From assembly GCF_006345805.1 (NCBI RefSeq), contig NC_043015.1, positions 27,838,001-27,902,000 of the forward strand: a DNA stretch of 64,000 nt, read 5' to 3'. The notes under the pieces are model-generated. The model was not told the DNA's origin and made no database searches. It saw only the letters and a list, made by a program, of their open reading frames with translations. The first letter of the stretch is position 1. Each line of letters begins with the position of its first letter. The position numbers and the translations under genes are program-made. Origin of the DNA: Octopus sinensis (Eukaryota). Below are positions 27,559 through 40,700 of the stretch, piece after piece.

Positions 27559-27921
27559 ATTTTAATAACATCTTCGTTCAACTCCATTTATTTACTTATA
27601 TATTATATATTATATTAATTATATATATTATTTGTTATTTATGTATTGGTTTATGTCTATCACTGTTTGAGTTAACCTAATAGTGGTTTTATCTCTAATT
27701 CATATTTTATATTTATATACATATATATACTGTGAAATTTGATTTAATACTAAATTGAATTTTTCCCTGTAAGTTTGGAGTTATACTTCCTAATATTATT
27801 ATTATATATATGTATATATATACACACCCAAGGTGCTGCACTATGCAACTGAACCCAAAACTACTTGGTTGCAAAGCAAACTGCTAAACTACATAGCCAT
27901 GCCTGTGCACATTATACACAT

Positions 27922-27970
<49 letters not shown>

Positions 27971-28249
27971 CGGAGATGTACTTGCATAGCAAGTGATTTG
28001 ATCTGAGATCGTGTGCTGAAACGAAAACAATTGCAGCGTGGAAGGTGTTTGTAAGCCATTTAAGAAACACAAAAGCCGTTCGATTCACTTCAACATTTAA
28101 GTTTAATTTGTCAAAATATTTTCGTCGCTTTAAGACCGCGACCTGTTCACTGACAAAAATCCGTGCTGCATCTTAAATGTTGAAGTGAATCGAACGGCTT
28201 TTGTGCGTTTCTTAAATGGCTTACAAACACCTTCCAAACTGCAATTGTT
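27971..28249 (-). mobile_element. Penelope-like element with inverted tail duplication, between (TA)n tracts
   Basis: About 76-78 bp inverted arms (28026-28101 and 28172-28249) enclose the G3-C8 hammerhead. A non-inverted relative lies at about 24200-24325. Confidence 0.6.
28107..28157 (-). ncRNA. Type-I hammerhead-like motif with swapped G3-C8 core pair
   Basis: UUUGUCA-GUGAACA-g-GUCGC ggucuuaaa GCGAC-GAAA-AUAU-UU-UGACAAA. Helix I is a perfect 7 bp, helix II a perfect 5 bp, and helix III is the palindrome AAUAUU. Confidence 0.75.
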
Positions 28250-28256
28250 ATATATA

Positions 28257-28298
<42 letters not shown>

Positions 28299-28980
28299 GT
28301 TTTAAATTTCTTTCATATGTTATACACACACACAAAATCATGGTTCAATTAAAAGGTAGCGTCAGTGACCGTGACTTTTGCAGGGCCTCTAAAACTAGTT
28401 AAGCTTGATATGGTTGATGTTCAACTTGATGCTTTGGAAAAGAAAGGATTGTGAAAGTAATTACTATGAGACCTCTGGTTAGAGTGAGACAATGGGCATA
28501 ATGAAAGGAAAAGAGATGAGTGTGTCAGATGGAGGTGGGCACAAATCTAACAAGTTCAGAGAAGCAAAGGCTGTTGTAGTAGTTGTAGACTAAGCAGAAA
28601 GAGTTCCACATCATTATTATTATTATTTTTACAACAAACGGATTTACTATGGCATCCAAAAGGAATACATGTATTTCATTTTATAAAATATTGTTTGAAA
28701 TATTCCACTTTGGAAAAAAAAAAAAAATTTTCAAACTTGATCACATAGAAACTGTGGTGATGGAGTACTTGAAGACATTCCGATGGAAAGGGTTTCATAA
28801 AAAACCTAGCATTTATATGTAAATTCCTAACTAGGTAATGCAAATATTTGTTTTCAAACTTAACAATAGTTCGTTTCAAAACACACATCAAATATTGCTT
28901 TGCATAATTGTAGAATTCCCCACAGTATACACATGAATAAAAAAAAAAGATGTATGTGTATGTATTTATGTGTGTGTGTG

Positions 28981-29022
<42 letters not shown>

Positions 29023-29531
29023 CAAAATAAGCAACAAGGATATCCAAGGTAGTGTAGGACAATTGTTTCATGCTACTTCATTTTATTAAACACTGTAAGT
29101 ATTACATCAGTTTTAAAATGTCGAGCAATCTTCAGCCACATATAGTATATATATATATATATATACTTCTAATATAAGGATAAAATTTTATTAAAAATTT
29201 TTTATCAGTGGCCGGCATATAAAAAATACCTTTTAAGGTGAAAATTATAAATACAATTATAAATAAGAGCAAAAAGAAAAAAAATGTCTTTGCCAATATG
29301 CCGAAAAATATTTTTCAGCATATTGGCAAAGAAAATATTTTCATTTTGCCCTTTATATATATATATATACATACATACATACATATATATATATATATTT
29401 AGACAGGTAGATAGATAAACACCAGTTTGAGGTGTTCTTAATACAAATATCATTACAGATGGATAGTTTTCTTAATATCAATCATTCCTAATAAACAAGA
29501 GGGAAGTGTATCTATTTTGTCCATCTGTGTT

Positions 29532-29680
29532 TTACAAGGGGGTGTTGAAAAGTTCCTGGCTTAGGGTAAAAGAAAATACCAGAGGATCAGTTAATTATGA
29601 TTTTATTAAACATATTCCCCTCTCAGATTCACACATTTGGTCCTTCAGTTTTTCTGGGCCTCTAACTAGGCCTTTTGCAA
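29532..29680 (+). mobile_element. Mariner-type terminal fragment
   Basis: Begins tacaagggggtgttgaaaagttcctgg, resembling a mariner TIR. Confidence 0.5.
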
Positions 29681-31641
29681 TACCCTAAAAGCCAGCATGG
29701 TGATTCACTTGAGGTAGGATTTTATGGCTAGATGCTGTTCCTGTTGCCAACTCTTACTTGTTTTTCTAGTGAGAGATATTTTTATTTCACAGGTGTTTGA
29801 ACAATACAGCAACTAGCAATAATGTCAACATTAGCAGTGCTTTGCCCCAGCAGTGATGAACAAGGAATAAATGTGACGCACATTTGTGTATATGAATACA
29901 TCATCATCATCATTTAATGTCCGCTTCCCATGCTGGCATGGGTTGGACGGTTCGACCAGGGTCTTGGAAGCCAGGAGGCTGCACCAGGCCCAGTCTGATC
30001 TGGCAGTGTTTCTACAGCTGGATGCCCTTCCTAACGCCAACCACTCCGTGAGTGTAGCGGGTGCTTTTTACGTGCCAGGCAAGGCTGGCAACGGCCATGA
30101 TCGGTTGGTGCTTTTTACGTGCCACTGGCACGGAGGCAAGTCAGGGTTGTGCTGGCAATGGCCACGTTCGGATGATTCTTTTATGTGCCACTGGCACTGG
30201 TATCACAACTACAATTTTCATTGATTTTTGAGCGATTTCGATTTACATATATATATATATATATATATACACAATAGGCATCTTGCAGCTTTCATCTACA
30301 AGATTCCTCCTCATGGAATTAGCCAATCTGATGCAACAGTAGATGACACCTTAAGCGCAACATGGAACAAAATCCCAAACCATGTTGTTATGAAGCAAAC
30401 TTCTTAAGCCACATAGTCATATATAACGAACTTATTGTGTCCAGTGCTCAGGTGCACTACAATTCACCAGGAAAGGTAGACAAAAGTGCACAAACAGTAT
30501 ATAAAATATACTGTTCATAAAATATGCACAAGAAGTGAACTGTGACTGAGTCATTACAGAGATCTGTAGTTATACTTAAGTTAAATTACAATGTGGTATA
30601 TTGAGTAAACAACTATACTGATCCAAGACAATAAAATAGTGTATGTCTTGGTTCAACTCAGTAATCTCCTGACTAGATTATTAATTAAGCTGCTTTCATC
30701 TATTAAATCTATTAACACAAACACACACGTTTACAAAGTCGAAAGAGCTCAGAATTAGTGAAGGTGTATTTAACGAATTGCAGATGATAGAAGCTATTGC
30801 AAAAGTGAAACACAACAAAAGCTAAAGGTGCTCTTTGGACTGTATCTACATTTGCTGGTTTTTTTGTCATATAAATGGGGATGGTGGTGACAGGGTTTCA
30901 CTTGTCTTAGTTTAATGTGGATTCCGTGGTGACAATATCAAACCAAATGAATTGTTGAACAAGAGACAGTAATGCTCTGTTGCCAGCATCTACAAGCTGT
31001 TCACCCTTACAGTAGACACAGTCCAAACAACATGTCTAATATATATTGCTAAATTATTGCAGAGAGAAGCAATTACATGCACATGCTACTAATATGGCAC
31101 AAGATAAATTGCATCTAAAAGAGATTAAACATTGTCAGACAAACGCGCATAATTCAACAGTGCTGATTGATTATAAGGGAAGGTATACTTTGATTATACA
31201 AGGTTTGAAGCAACAGAAGGCTCCCACATTACTAACAGTTAGCTAAAGTGAAAAATGGAGTTTTACTATTATATCAAACTTAACACTTAAAGACAATTGC
31301 TCTCAATGATTTTTAAACAAAACAACAGGAAGAAGTAAAAAAAACAAAGCTGAACATGGTGGAATTTGGACTTGAAACTAGAGACATCTGATCAAGCTCT
31401 CGAAGCCAATGCTTTTATTTTTATGTAGTAACATCTGGCCAAGTATCCTTGATGATACTAATAATATTTCAGCAGCTGTTGGTCAGGAAGATATTAAAAA
31501 AGAAAAAAAGATTATAAAAAAAAAAAAAAAAAAGAATTGGACATTGAATGTAACTATTTTAGAATATGACTGTTCCAAGTTCAAATTATGCATGAATCAA
31601 CTTTGTCTTCTATCTCCCTGAAGTCCAAAAAAATTAAGCAC

Positions 31642-31689
<48 letters not shown>

Positions 31690-32324
31690 AGTCACATTCA
31701 ATCCTCTATATTCTACCTGTACAAAATTTCACTTGTGCCTGATCAAAAGAAATCAGTATTTTAATTGTTCATTTTTTTTTTTTTTTTGTGAAAGGAAACA
31801 ATTACAATGTAAAATAAATCTGTGTTAACTGAAATACAACATCCAATTGATTTAGAACAACACAAATGTATGCTTTTTTTTTTTTTCCTTTTTTTTTTGG
31901 TAACAGTGACAAACTTACTATCAGATAACAAAAATCACAAAAAAAAAGTCAAACTCAGGTAAACATTACATTTCTTCAATGGCCACCATGTTATCTCTTC
32001 CTACTCCCAAACTCTCTTCATTTAGTACAATTAGTACAAAACAAGATTATAGACAGTTTGTAGACAGGTAAGATTTCTTTGATCACATCAAATTAGCATG
32101 CTACTTCTTAACGAGAAATCATCCACCTATTTTTATTGCATACACTTTCTCTTTCTCATCTCTCTTATAAACACACACACACTCAAGCACTGACAAGGTA
32201 AGGTACTTAAAGATTCTTTAAGGGAATTTCTAAGGAAGCTAAGACCGAAAATGTAGTCGCAACAGGTATGCACCCAAGAAATTCATGATCAGAAAGTAAA
32301 TATTTCTCATATTACATCCTAATG

Positions 32325-32543
32325 CAGTGCTTTTCAACCTTTTTGCTGGAGCGGAACCCCAAGGAAACATTCCACTGGCTCGAGGAACCCCTGTGCAATA
32401 ATTTAATAGTCTTATGCACACATATCTGCACAGGAGAATTAAAAATTACTGCCGATTTTAGCAGTTTTGTAACTTCTTGAGGAACCCCTGGACTGTACTG
32501 GCGGAACCCGAAGGTTCCGCGGAACCCTGGTTGAAAACCACTG
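32325..32543. mobile_element. hAT (Charlie-like) MITE with perfect 8-bp TSD
   Basis: TIR CAGTGCTTTTCAACC / GGTTGAAAACCACTG; TSD tcctaatg at 32317-32324 and 32544-32551. Confidence 0.92.
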
Positions 32544-33009
32544 TCCTAATGTCTTAAAAAAGGAAACAAGCCTACAAAGAAAGCACGTGCCCCCAGTGGT
32601 CATGACTAAACTGCTTTTCACCACAGATTTACTTGATAAGAACTGACCTAGGATTAAACAACTCTAATCGCTATTAAACTATTCACTGGCTTATCAATCT
32701 TTTGTTATTTTAAAAGATGCATGATCTAAGAAAAAATGCTATTCACTTGATTATACAGTGCAAAAATGACCACGTCAGTTACCTTCACCTCTTTTTACTA
32801 TCACCATTTACTGTGAGAAAGTCTGGTCTTATGTAAGGCGCATAAAACAATACTAGGCTAATGTCTTAGCTTGGTGTCTTTTGTTATCAATTCAGTGGAA
32901 TGTCTGGTCTGAATTAAATCAGAAAGACATTATTTAACATTATTTGTTGCAAAGGAAACCCACTGGAAAATGAGATTTTTAGCTGTAATACATACATACA
33001 TATATACAC

Positions 33010-33368
33010 CACCAAGTGAGAGGAGCTCCGAGAAGTGCTACAAAGATTGCTTCAAGAAGTCTCTAACAGCATGTCAAATTAACCACCAATGCTGGTCAGA
33101 CCTGGCTGTGGACCATGATGTCTGGCGCCACACGATCTTCAACGCAATCAGCAAGTTTGAGGAACAAAGAAGAGACGCACTTAAAGACAAGAGACGCACG
33201 AGGAAGGCGCAAGCTGCCTCTGACGCCACACCGGATGTTACCTTCGTCTGTGGACACTGCTCACAGACCTGCCTTTCCCATATCGGACTTGTCAGTCATG
33301 AGCGTGCATGCATGCGACATGGACAGCCTTCCTGATCTTCGTTCGCGAAGCCAAGTCATAATAATAAT
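33010..33368 (+). mobile_element. RTE (BovB-like) LINE 3' end, 5'-truncated
   Basis: ORF 32970..33335 ends FVCGHCSQTCLSHIGLVSHERAC, the RTE C-terminal zinc motif, followed by a short UTR and (ATA)n. Confidence 0.9.
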
Positions 33369-33469
33369 ATATAATCACAATAGAACAGTATTAAGGTCAA
33401 GCAATGTAGCTGTAATTCCTAAAATACTTTTGGAAAAAAATTCTATGGATATATCTATGACTATGGATA

Positions 33470-33785
33470 AGTACAGGTGTGGTTGTGCGGTAAGAACAAC
33501 CACATGGTTTTGGGTTCAGTCCCACTGTGTAGCATCTTAGGCAAGTGACGTCTACTATAGCCTTGGACCAAACAGAGCCTTAGGAGTGAATTTGGTAGAT
33601 GGAAACTAAAAGAAACTAGTTGGCATATATATATCTGTATCTGTGTGTCTTTACTCCACCAACGCTTGGCAGCTGCCGCTGGTGTGTTTATATCCCCATA
33701 ATTTAGGGGTTCAGCAGCACAGACCGACAGAATAAGTGGCAGGCTTAAAAAATAAGTATTGGGATCAATTCATTTGACTAAAAAA
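33470..33785 (+). mobile_element. SINE family A, diverged
   Basis: Head gggttcagtcccactgtg, gaatttggtagatggaaact and tail blocks. Confidence 0.6.
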
Positions 33786-36700
33786 ATTCTCCTTCAGTAA
33801 ATGTCTTCATCTAGAAACTTAGGTTAACCAATGCTTTATATGTGAAATTTGATGACCAGAAACTGTATGAGAGCCTGTCTCTGTCTGCCTGTCTCACCCT
33901 CTCTCTCACACACAATCCCTATTGTTTTAACGTCCATTTTTCCATGCTTATAGGGGTTGGACAAAATTTGTTAAGTTAGATTTTCTATGACTGGATGCCT
34001 TTCCTGTTGTCAACCCTTCCCCGTTTCCAAGTAAGGTGATATTTCTTCATGGCAAGACATGTTCTCACAGAAGATTGGAAATGAAGGTGCATGATGGTGA
34101 TGCTGCTTTACAACTATCACACAATGTTAATGCAAGGGGACAATGATGCATATATATCTAGACACACACACACACACACACACACATGCATATACACATA
34201 TACAAATATAAACACACATGTATATATATATATATATATATGTCTCTGTGTGTTAGAGGGCCTAAAGTAGAAGACACCACTCACCCAAGATGCTATGCAA
34301 TGGGATTGAACCTGAAACCATATGATTGGAAAGCAAGCTTCTAATCACAAAGCCATCCCTGCAGCCATGATATGTTTGTGTGTGTGTGTGTGTGTGTGAA
34401 ACTAAAATATGCAATGAATGTTTTACATTGTTCTGATATATAAAGGGTGTGTTTTAGAAAATTTGCTTGCCAGTGGTCAAAAAGATTGTGGATATTTTGG
34501 CAGCTGAGTGGGGGTATATTTTGAACACTAGATTTGGATGTAGCAAATTTTGATGCTTTTATTTAATAGAATAAGCATTACATGCATAAAAGTCTTCAAG
34601 TTTAGGTTATGTTTTGTTAGCACTTACCATATAACGATTTAAAGCAGACACTGTATATGCATGTGTGTGTGTGTGTGTGTGCATGGTAATCTGCAAATCC
34701 AGAATCCATAAATGAGAACCAAAGATATGTAGGGTGAATTAACAATCCCAGCTGTTGTATCTGACAGTATTTGTATACGTGCTGTGTGTGCAATGGAAAA
34801 AAAACAATATACACACACACACATACTCATGTATGTAAACATAAACATACATACATACATACACATATATAGCGTTATGTAAATCAATGAGCACAAAAAG
34901 GGTTGAGGAGATGGCATTGCGGTCGGGGATATCGACATACTTTGAATATCTAAAAGAAATGTTTAGTTAAGATAATTGCCAACAGGTTTTTTTTTTTTTT
35001 TTGAAAATTAAGTTAATGACGACATGTGGTGGAGCAAAACGTAAAAATTTCAGTTTTTTCATTTTTTTTCTATTATCATCATCATCATCATAATTATTAT
35101 TATTATTTATACTGTTTTGCTAAAGGCACCCAAAAATGTATCAAGTTGACCACAGAGAAGCTGTTAAGAAACTACAGTGATGTAATAGTAACACATGGCA
35201 ATGTAACAAACACTGCTCAAATATAAAATAACACAAGAATAGTAAAAGATAACAGCTATGGCATATCTTAGTATGATTTTTTTCTCTCTTTTCACTTCAG
35301 TCTGCAAACCAAAGGAAATTAGTGAAAGTAAAGGTATCATTGTCATAAACAAATTGTACGCGTGTATATATGAGTGTGCGATTAAATATATATATATATA
35401 AGGAGCAGATATAAAACACTTGCCTTAGTCCAAAGTGGTGTACAAAATTAGAAATGAATTAATAGATAATAGAAAACAGAAAAAAACAACAACAACAAAG
35501 GAACATATAATAGAGAGCAAGTATTCATATTATATGTTTTAGTATGAAGTGTTATATTATAATAAGATAAACGACTAATTATTGATGACACACATGTAAT
35601 GTTGCAACAAGATAGCATGGAGGGAAGAAGATTAGCTGCATACAAATAAGTTACACAAGCCAAACTATAAAGGACTGACGGATGGAACGGAGGAACAAAG
35701 AGGAGGGGGGGTAAGGCATGAGCGGTGCAAAGTTAATAATTATTTCAACAACAAAAGGGGGGGGAGATCTGTGAGGGGTGGGGGGAGTGGTAGAGTGGAA
35801 ATAATAAAATAAATAAAAGGACAAAATAAATCAGACATAACAGCTGTTTCGAGGAGATTTGATTTGTAAATCATTCATCATTCATACAAGAATCTGCATT
35901 CTGTAATTATCATCTTTTTTGCTTATTGGTAACATGAAAAAACAAAAAAAAAATGCTCAACTATTTACACCCGAGTTTTACCATACCCACAAAACTTTAA
36001 TGAGTAGCTCTCCAGTCGTTAGATATCTCTCTTATACATGACGAACATATAATATCTGATTACAGTAATACGTGAAATACCTACTAGCTGAAACGGTGTT
36101 GCTGTTCCGGAATAAGTCAGCCCTGATCCAGTAAACTTATGATCAAGGGCATCTTGTTATTTAGGATTACATTATCCTTCATCATCATCATCGTCCGCTT
36201 TCCATGCTAGCATGGGTTGGACGGTTTGACTGGGGTCTGGGAAGCCAGGCGGCTGCACCAGGCTCCCGTCTGATCTGGCAGTGTTCCTACAGCCGGATGC
36301 CCTTCCTAACGTCAACCACACCGTGAGTGTAGTGGGTGCTTTTTACGTGCCAGGTGAGGCTGGCAACGGCCACGATCGGTTGGTGCTTTTTATGTGCCAC
36401 CAGCATGGAAGCCAGTCAAGGCGGCGCTGACATCGGCCATGTTCGGATGGTGCTTTTTACGTGCCACCGGCACAGGGATCACAACTGCAATTTCCATTGA
36501 TTTTTGATGTTGATGTACTTGACTCAATAGGTCTCCTCAAGCACAGGGTCGAAACGGTGTTTCTTTACTTGCCACCTGCACAGGAGTCAGTCCAGCGGCA
36601 CTGGCAACTGCTGGGTGCCAGTCATAGGATTGGTTCAATTTCGATTTTGATTTTGATTTCACTTGCCCCAACAGGTGGAGATTTGACTGCTATTCTAGTA

Positions 36701-37957
36701 AATTGACAGAACACATAAATGCTTCCCCCACAGGCCCCTGAAACACTGTAGACAATGAAGGTGTAAAGAGTATTAAGATATTTCACAAAATATTAATTAA
36801 CTAAGGAATCTAAAAACACAGATACAATTGCTTAATGTATCACATGCTTATACTTTAGTCTTTGTTCTTCACTGCTTTTAAAAGTTTTGCCATTGCTAAA
36901 ATGGTGCCAGAAATTTGGACATTTGCATGAATTGTTGGAGCAAATGTTTTAGTAAAAGATATTGATCTTATTGCCAACTTCTCGACTATAAAACAAGAGT
37001 GCTGCCATGCATAGTTACAACAGAATGAAACAGAGCCAAAGTAAAATAAATTAATTAATCAATAATAATGTGACGTTGTCAAAGAATCCGCAGCAAAGTA
37101 AAATGAAAAGTGAGAGAGTGTATCTCCCTTTGGTGTCTGAAAAAACTATACATTTGATTACACAATCTGACAACTAATTTTTTTACACTTATTTCTATAA
37201 CAAACTAAGGGATGTCTAGAGAATTTACCAGACGAAATATCAAGTCAGCTGAAAAAAAAAGTCAATTTGAAAAGATAGTTACGTCAAATAGTATAAAATT
37301 TATGTTGTTGAATTAAAGCCACTAACATATTCAAAGCAATTCAAACTCTCAGGCAGAAAACGAAGTCAATATACGTCGTCCATGAATGAAAGAGTATATC
37401 AGAATAAGATTCGTCAGTCTTTTAAACATGTCTAAATAAAGAATTTATACAAGCAAAATAGAAAAACTAGAAATATAGGACAAAGGTAAAAACGACAAGA
37501 CAAAAGACCCAAAATAGATAGCATGTATGATGGATAATTGAAAAGAATTAAGAATTCTTTATGTATAAATTCTTTGTGTTCAGTCTGTAACAGCTGCAGT
37601 GGACAGTAATGGAGGCTAGCTTAGAAGAATATAATTTAATATTCTACAACAGCTTGAATATAGATGGCAAAAAGCAGTAAAATATGATAGGAAACTAGTA
37701 CAAAGAATTTCTAAGAATTTCTAAGTTCCAGGTCTTGTCAGGACTCTTAGTTATAGAAATCAAACCATCAGATTTAGATCATTAATCATAGAGAGAAGCA
37801 AGATGACTAGCAAGTTTCTTATGGATGAAGAAATGGCTTCAGGGATATTTGCGAAGAATATGAAGGATAGCTGTGGAAGAAACAACAAATATATCTGTTT
37901 CATATTTACAGATAAAAAAGCTCTCAGTTTTCTTTCTGAATAAGTTATAACATCATT

Positions 37958-38275
37958 CATTCATCATCATTGTTCGACCGTGGTCGAGACAATGGAATTT
38001 ACCATGTTGCGCCAGACTTCACGGTCCATCATAGCATTATGGAGGTCCTGTTGCTGGATGCCTGTATCCCTGGAGATTACATCAGGGTAGGAGAGTGTGC
38101 GCCCTCTGGTGTTGCGAGTAGATGGCTTCCAGAGGAGAAGAGTAGAAATTACTTCTTTTTCAGCTCTACAACAATGTCCAGCAAACTGGACTCTCCTACC
38201 TTTCACAAGAGATGACACAGGTGGTAGTTTCCCATATATTTGCATTTTAGTTGGATAACAGCTACAGTATAATAA
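37958..38275 (-). mobile_element. RTE/RTE-X LINE 3' end
   Basis: ORF 37967..38287 YGKLPPVSSLVKGRRVQFAGHC...LLWKP...GRTLSYPD...MMDREVWR; (TGA/TGAA)n tail. Confidence 0.88.
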
Positions 38276-38316
38276 ACTATCATACACCTTCAGGAACTTA
38301 AAACTTATCAGTAATC

Positions 38317-38670
38317 AGAGTATATAGATAGAAATATTAAAATTACTAAGTCTCTCTAAAGGAGATTACGGCAGCATTACTGGATATTAATAGTTATCGC
38401 CATACTAATATGGCAGTCTATAAATAAAAGACTAAAGCTGTCGCTGATTAGCTCCAAGAGGCCACCGCCTCTAGCTAGCTATATGACACACGAACCTGCG
38501 TCCATTACAACCTTCGAACAGGAGAGGTCAGCCGCTTCACCTTGCTAGTCATACATCTGCAGACATGTTTCAGGGTTGTTGCCCTTTATCAATGCAGCGT
38601 AGTCAGAACCAGCAGGTGTCGCTACTGACCGCCTGTTCGAAGAGTATATAGAATTCTATTTAAATTACTC
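38317..38670 (-). mobile_element. Short hammerhead-bearing retroelement with terminal redundancy
   Basis: agagtatataga...aaattact occurs at 38317 and 38641 (period 324 nt) and encloses the U3-A8 hammerhead rod. Confidence 0.5.
38552..38601 (-). ncRNA. Type-I hammerhead ribozyme, U3-A8 core variant, GUC cleavage triplet
   Basis: UACGCUGCA-UUGAUAA-AGGG caacaa CCCU-GAAAC-AU-GUC-UGCAG-a-UGUA. Predicted cleavage between 38562 and 38561; helix III palindrome ACAUGU. Confidence 0.85.
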
Positions 38671-39324
38671 TGACTTTCTTTAAGAGGAAAACAACAAACA
38701 ACACCCTAATTCAGACAAGCATGAAGCAAGAGATTGAAGTGCAGATCATTTTACTCCCATTGAGACAGACATTCCTAAAGAGGTTTTGTATTCTACCAAT
38801 GTAGAAATGGAACAGGTTCAATGCTATGAAACATATACAGGAATAGCAAAGAACATTTTCCTAACAGAATGCCATATACAAGCTTGATGCTATACAAGTT
38901 TACTTCAAATGCACAACATTTTCAGTGCAACATATGTAATCAAGAAGAATTTCCCTTTCTGACAATATTACAATAGTTTATCTTTTGTGAGCGGGATTTT
39001 CTTTTGTAAATACTTTTCCCTATTCTGAGAGTCGATCTATTTTGATAGATTATTCTAGTCAGCCCAACAATGAGTACCTCAATAACCCATGACCTTTAAT
39101 GATCAGAATGATCAGTACTTTATACTTAGTAACCTTAGTTTAGTCAAAATGTATCAAACCAAAATTATATAAAATTCACAAAAAAAAAAAAAAAAATTAC
39201 CGCCAATATATCACTTGATAGTTGCTGTAAGGGAGCTAAAAAATAGGAAATTTTATACACATGCACACATCTGTATACATATATACATATATATACACAC
39301 ACATGTGCACATATATGTATACAA

Positions 39325-39369
<45 letters not shown>

Positions 39370-39430
39370 CAGATGTGTATATGTGTGCATGTGTATAAAA
39401 TATGCGCACATATATGTATACAAGTGTGTA

Positions 39431-39488
<58 letters not shown>

Positions 39489-40044
39489 TATATATATATA
39501 CACATATATATATATACATATACACATGTATGCACATATATATATATAGATATACACATGTAATTTTTAAAGGTAGGCTAGGAGTAACTTTCTTTCTTAA
39601 TTATCTACTTAAATTATAATCATACAACTTGGTGAGTCAATAATTTCTACTCTTGAACATGAAAACAAAAAAAAAAAAAAATTAACATTGAAATAACCTT
39701 AAAGAAAACCTGTTGTAATTATAATTAGCCGTAACGATTACAAGGCAAAACTGAACAGGAGAAAAAAAATCAATGAGAATATGACCATTAATGACACACG
39801 AGATTAGCTTAGTGCCTTAGGTGAAGAAACACTAGAAACTATCTATGTTTCTCCGCTTGTATAGAAACTGTATATATTTCTATTGCTGGCGAGAAAACTT
39901 GACCTGTACTTTTACATTCAACCCACCCAGATTTAGTCAAGATTCTCACTGGAACACAGTAAACAAATGTTTAAGAGTGCAGAATTTCAATTCAGTGTAT
40001 ATCTTTTATAGCAAGTTGTTTACAACCTCTGATCAATATGTCTC

Positions 40045-40567
40045 ACATATATATACATATATATTATATATATATATGTATAAAAGATATATATATAAAA
40101 GATATATATATATACATATATATAACATATATATATAAGATATATATACATAAAAGATATATATATATAAGATATATATATATACATATATATAACATAT
40201 ATATATAATATATATATACATAAAAGATATATATATAAGATATATATATATAAACATATATATATAATATATACATATATATAAACATATATATATAATA
40301 TATATATACATAAAAGATATATATATATATACATATATATATAAGATATATATATACATAAAAGATATATATATATATATAAGATATATATATATATAAA
40401 GATATATATATATATATATATATAAACATATATATATAAGATATATATATATACATATATATATAGATATATATATACATAAAAGATATATATATATACA
40501 AAGATATATATATATATACATATATATATATAAAGATATATATATATATACATATATATATAAAAGA

Positions 40568-40612
<45 letters not shown>

Positions 40613-40638
40613 ATATATACATATATATATATAAAAGA

Positions 40639-40670
<32 letters not shown>

Positions 40671-40700
40671 AAAGATATATACGATATATATATATATAAA
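40045..40700. repeat. Compound minisatellite of (TA)n punctuated by AAAAGAT/AAGAT and CAT
   Basis: Recurrent atatatataaaagatatatatatacat-type units. Confidence 0.9.

Larger units (their letters stand above)
27135..27600. mobile_element. Penelope-like element with inverted terminal duplication
   Basis: About 120-bp inverted arms (27302-27421 and 27475-27594), each containing a hammerhead core; follows a (TA)n tract. Confidence 0.65.

Noticed and set aside
35705-35790. Four G-tracts (possible G-quadruplex)
   Set aside because: One loop is about 45 nt and the G-rich strand is antisense to Rab6; weak candidate.
37335-37440. Long imperfect hairpin ending UAAACAUGUC, with CUGACGA on the other strand
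   Set aside because: Core elements fall on different strands and GAAA is absent.
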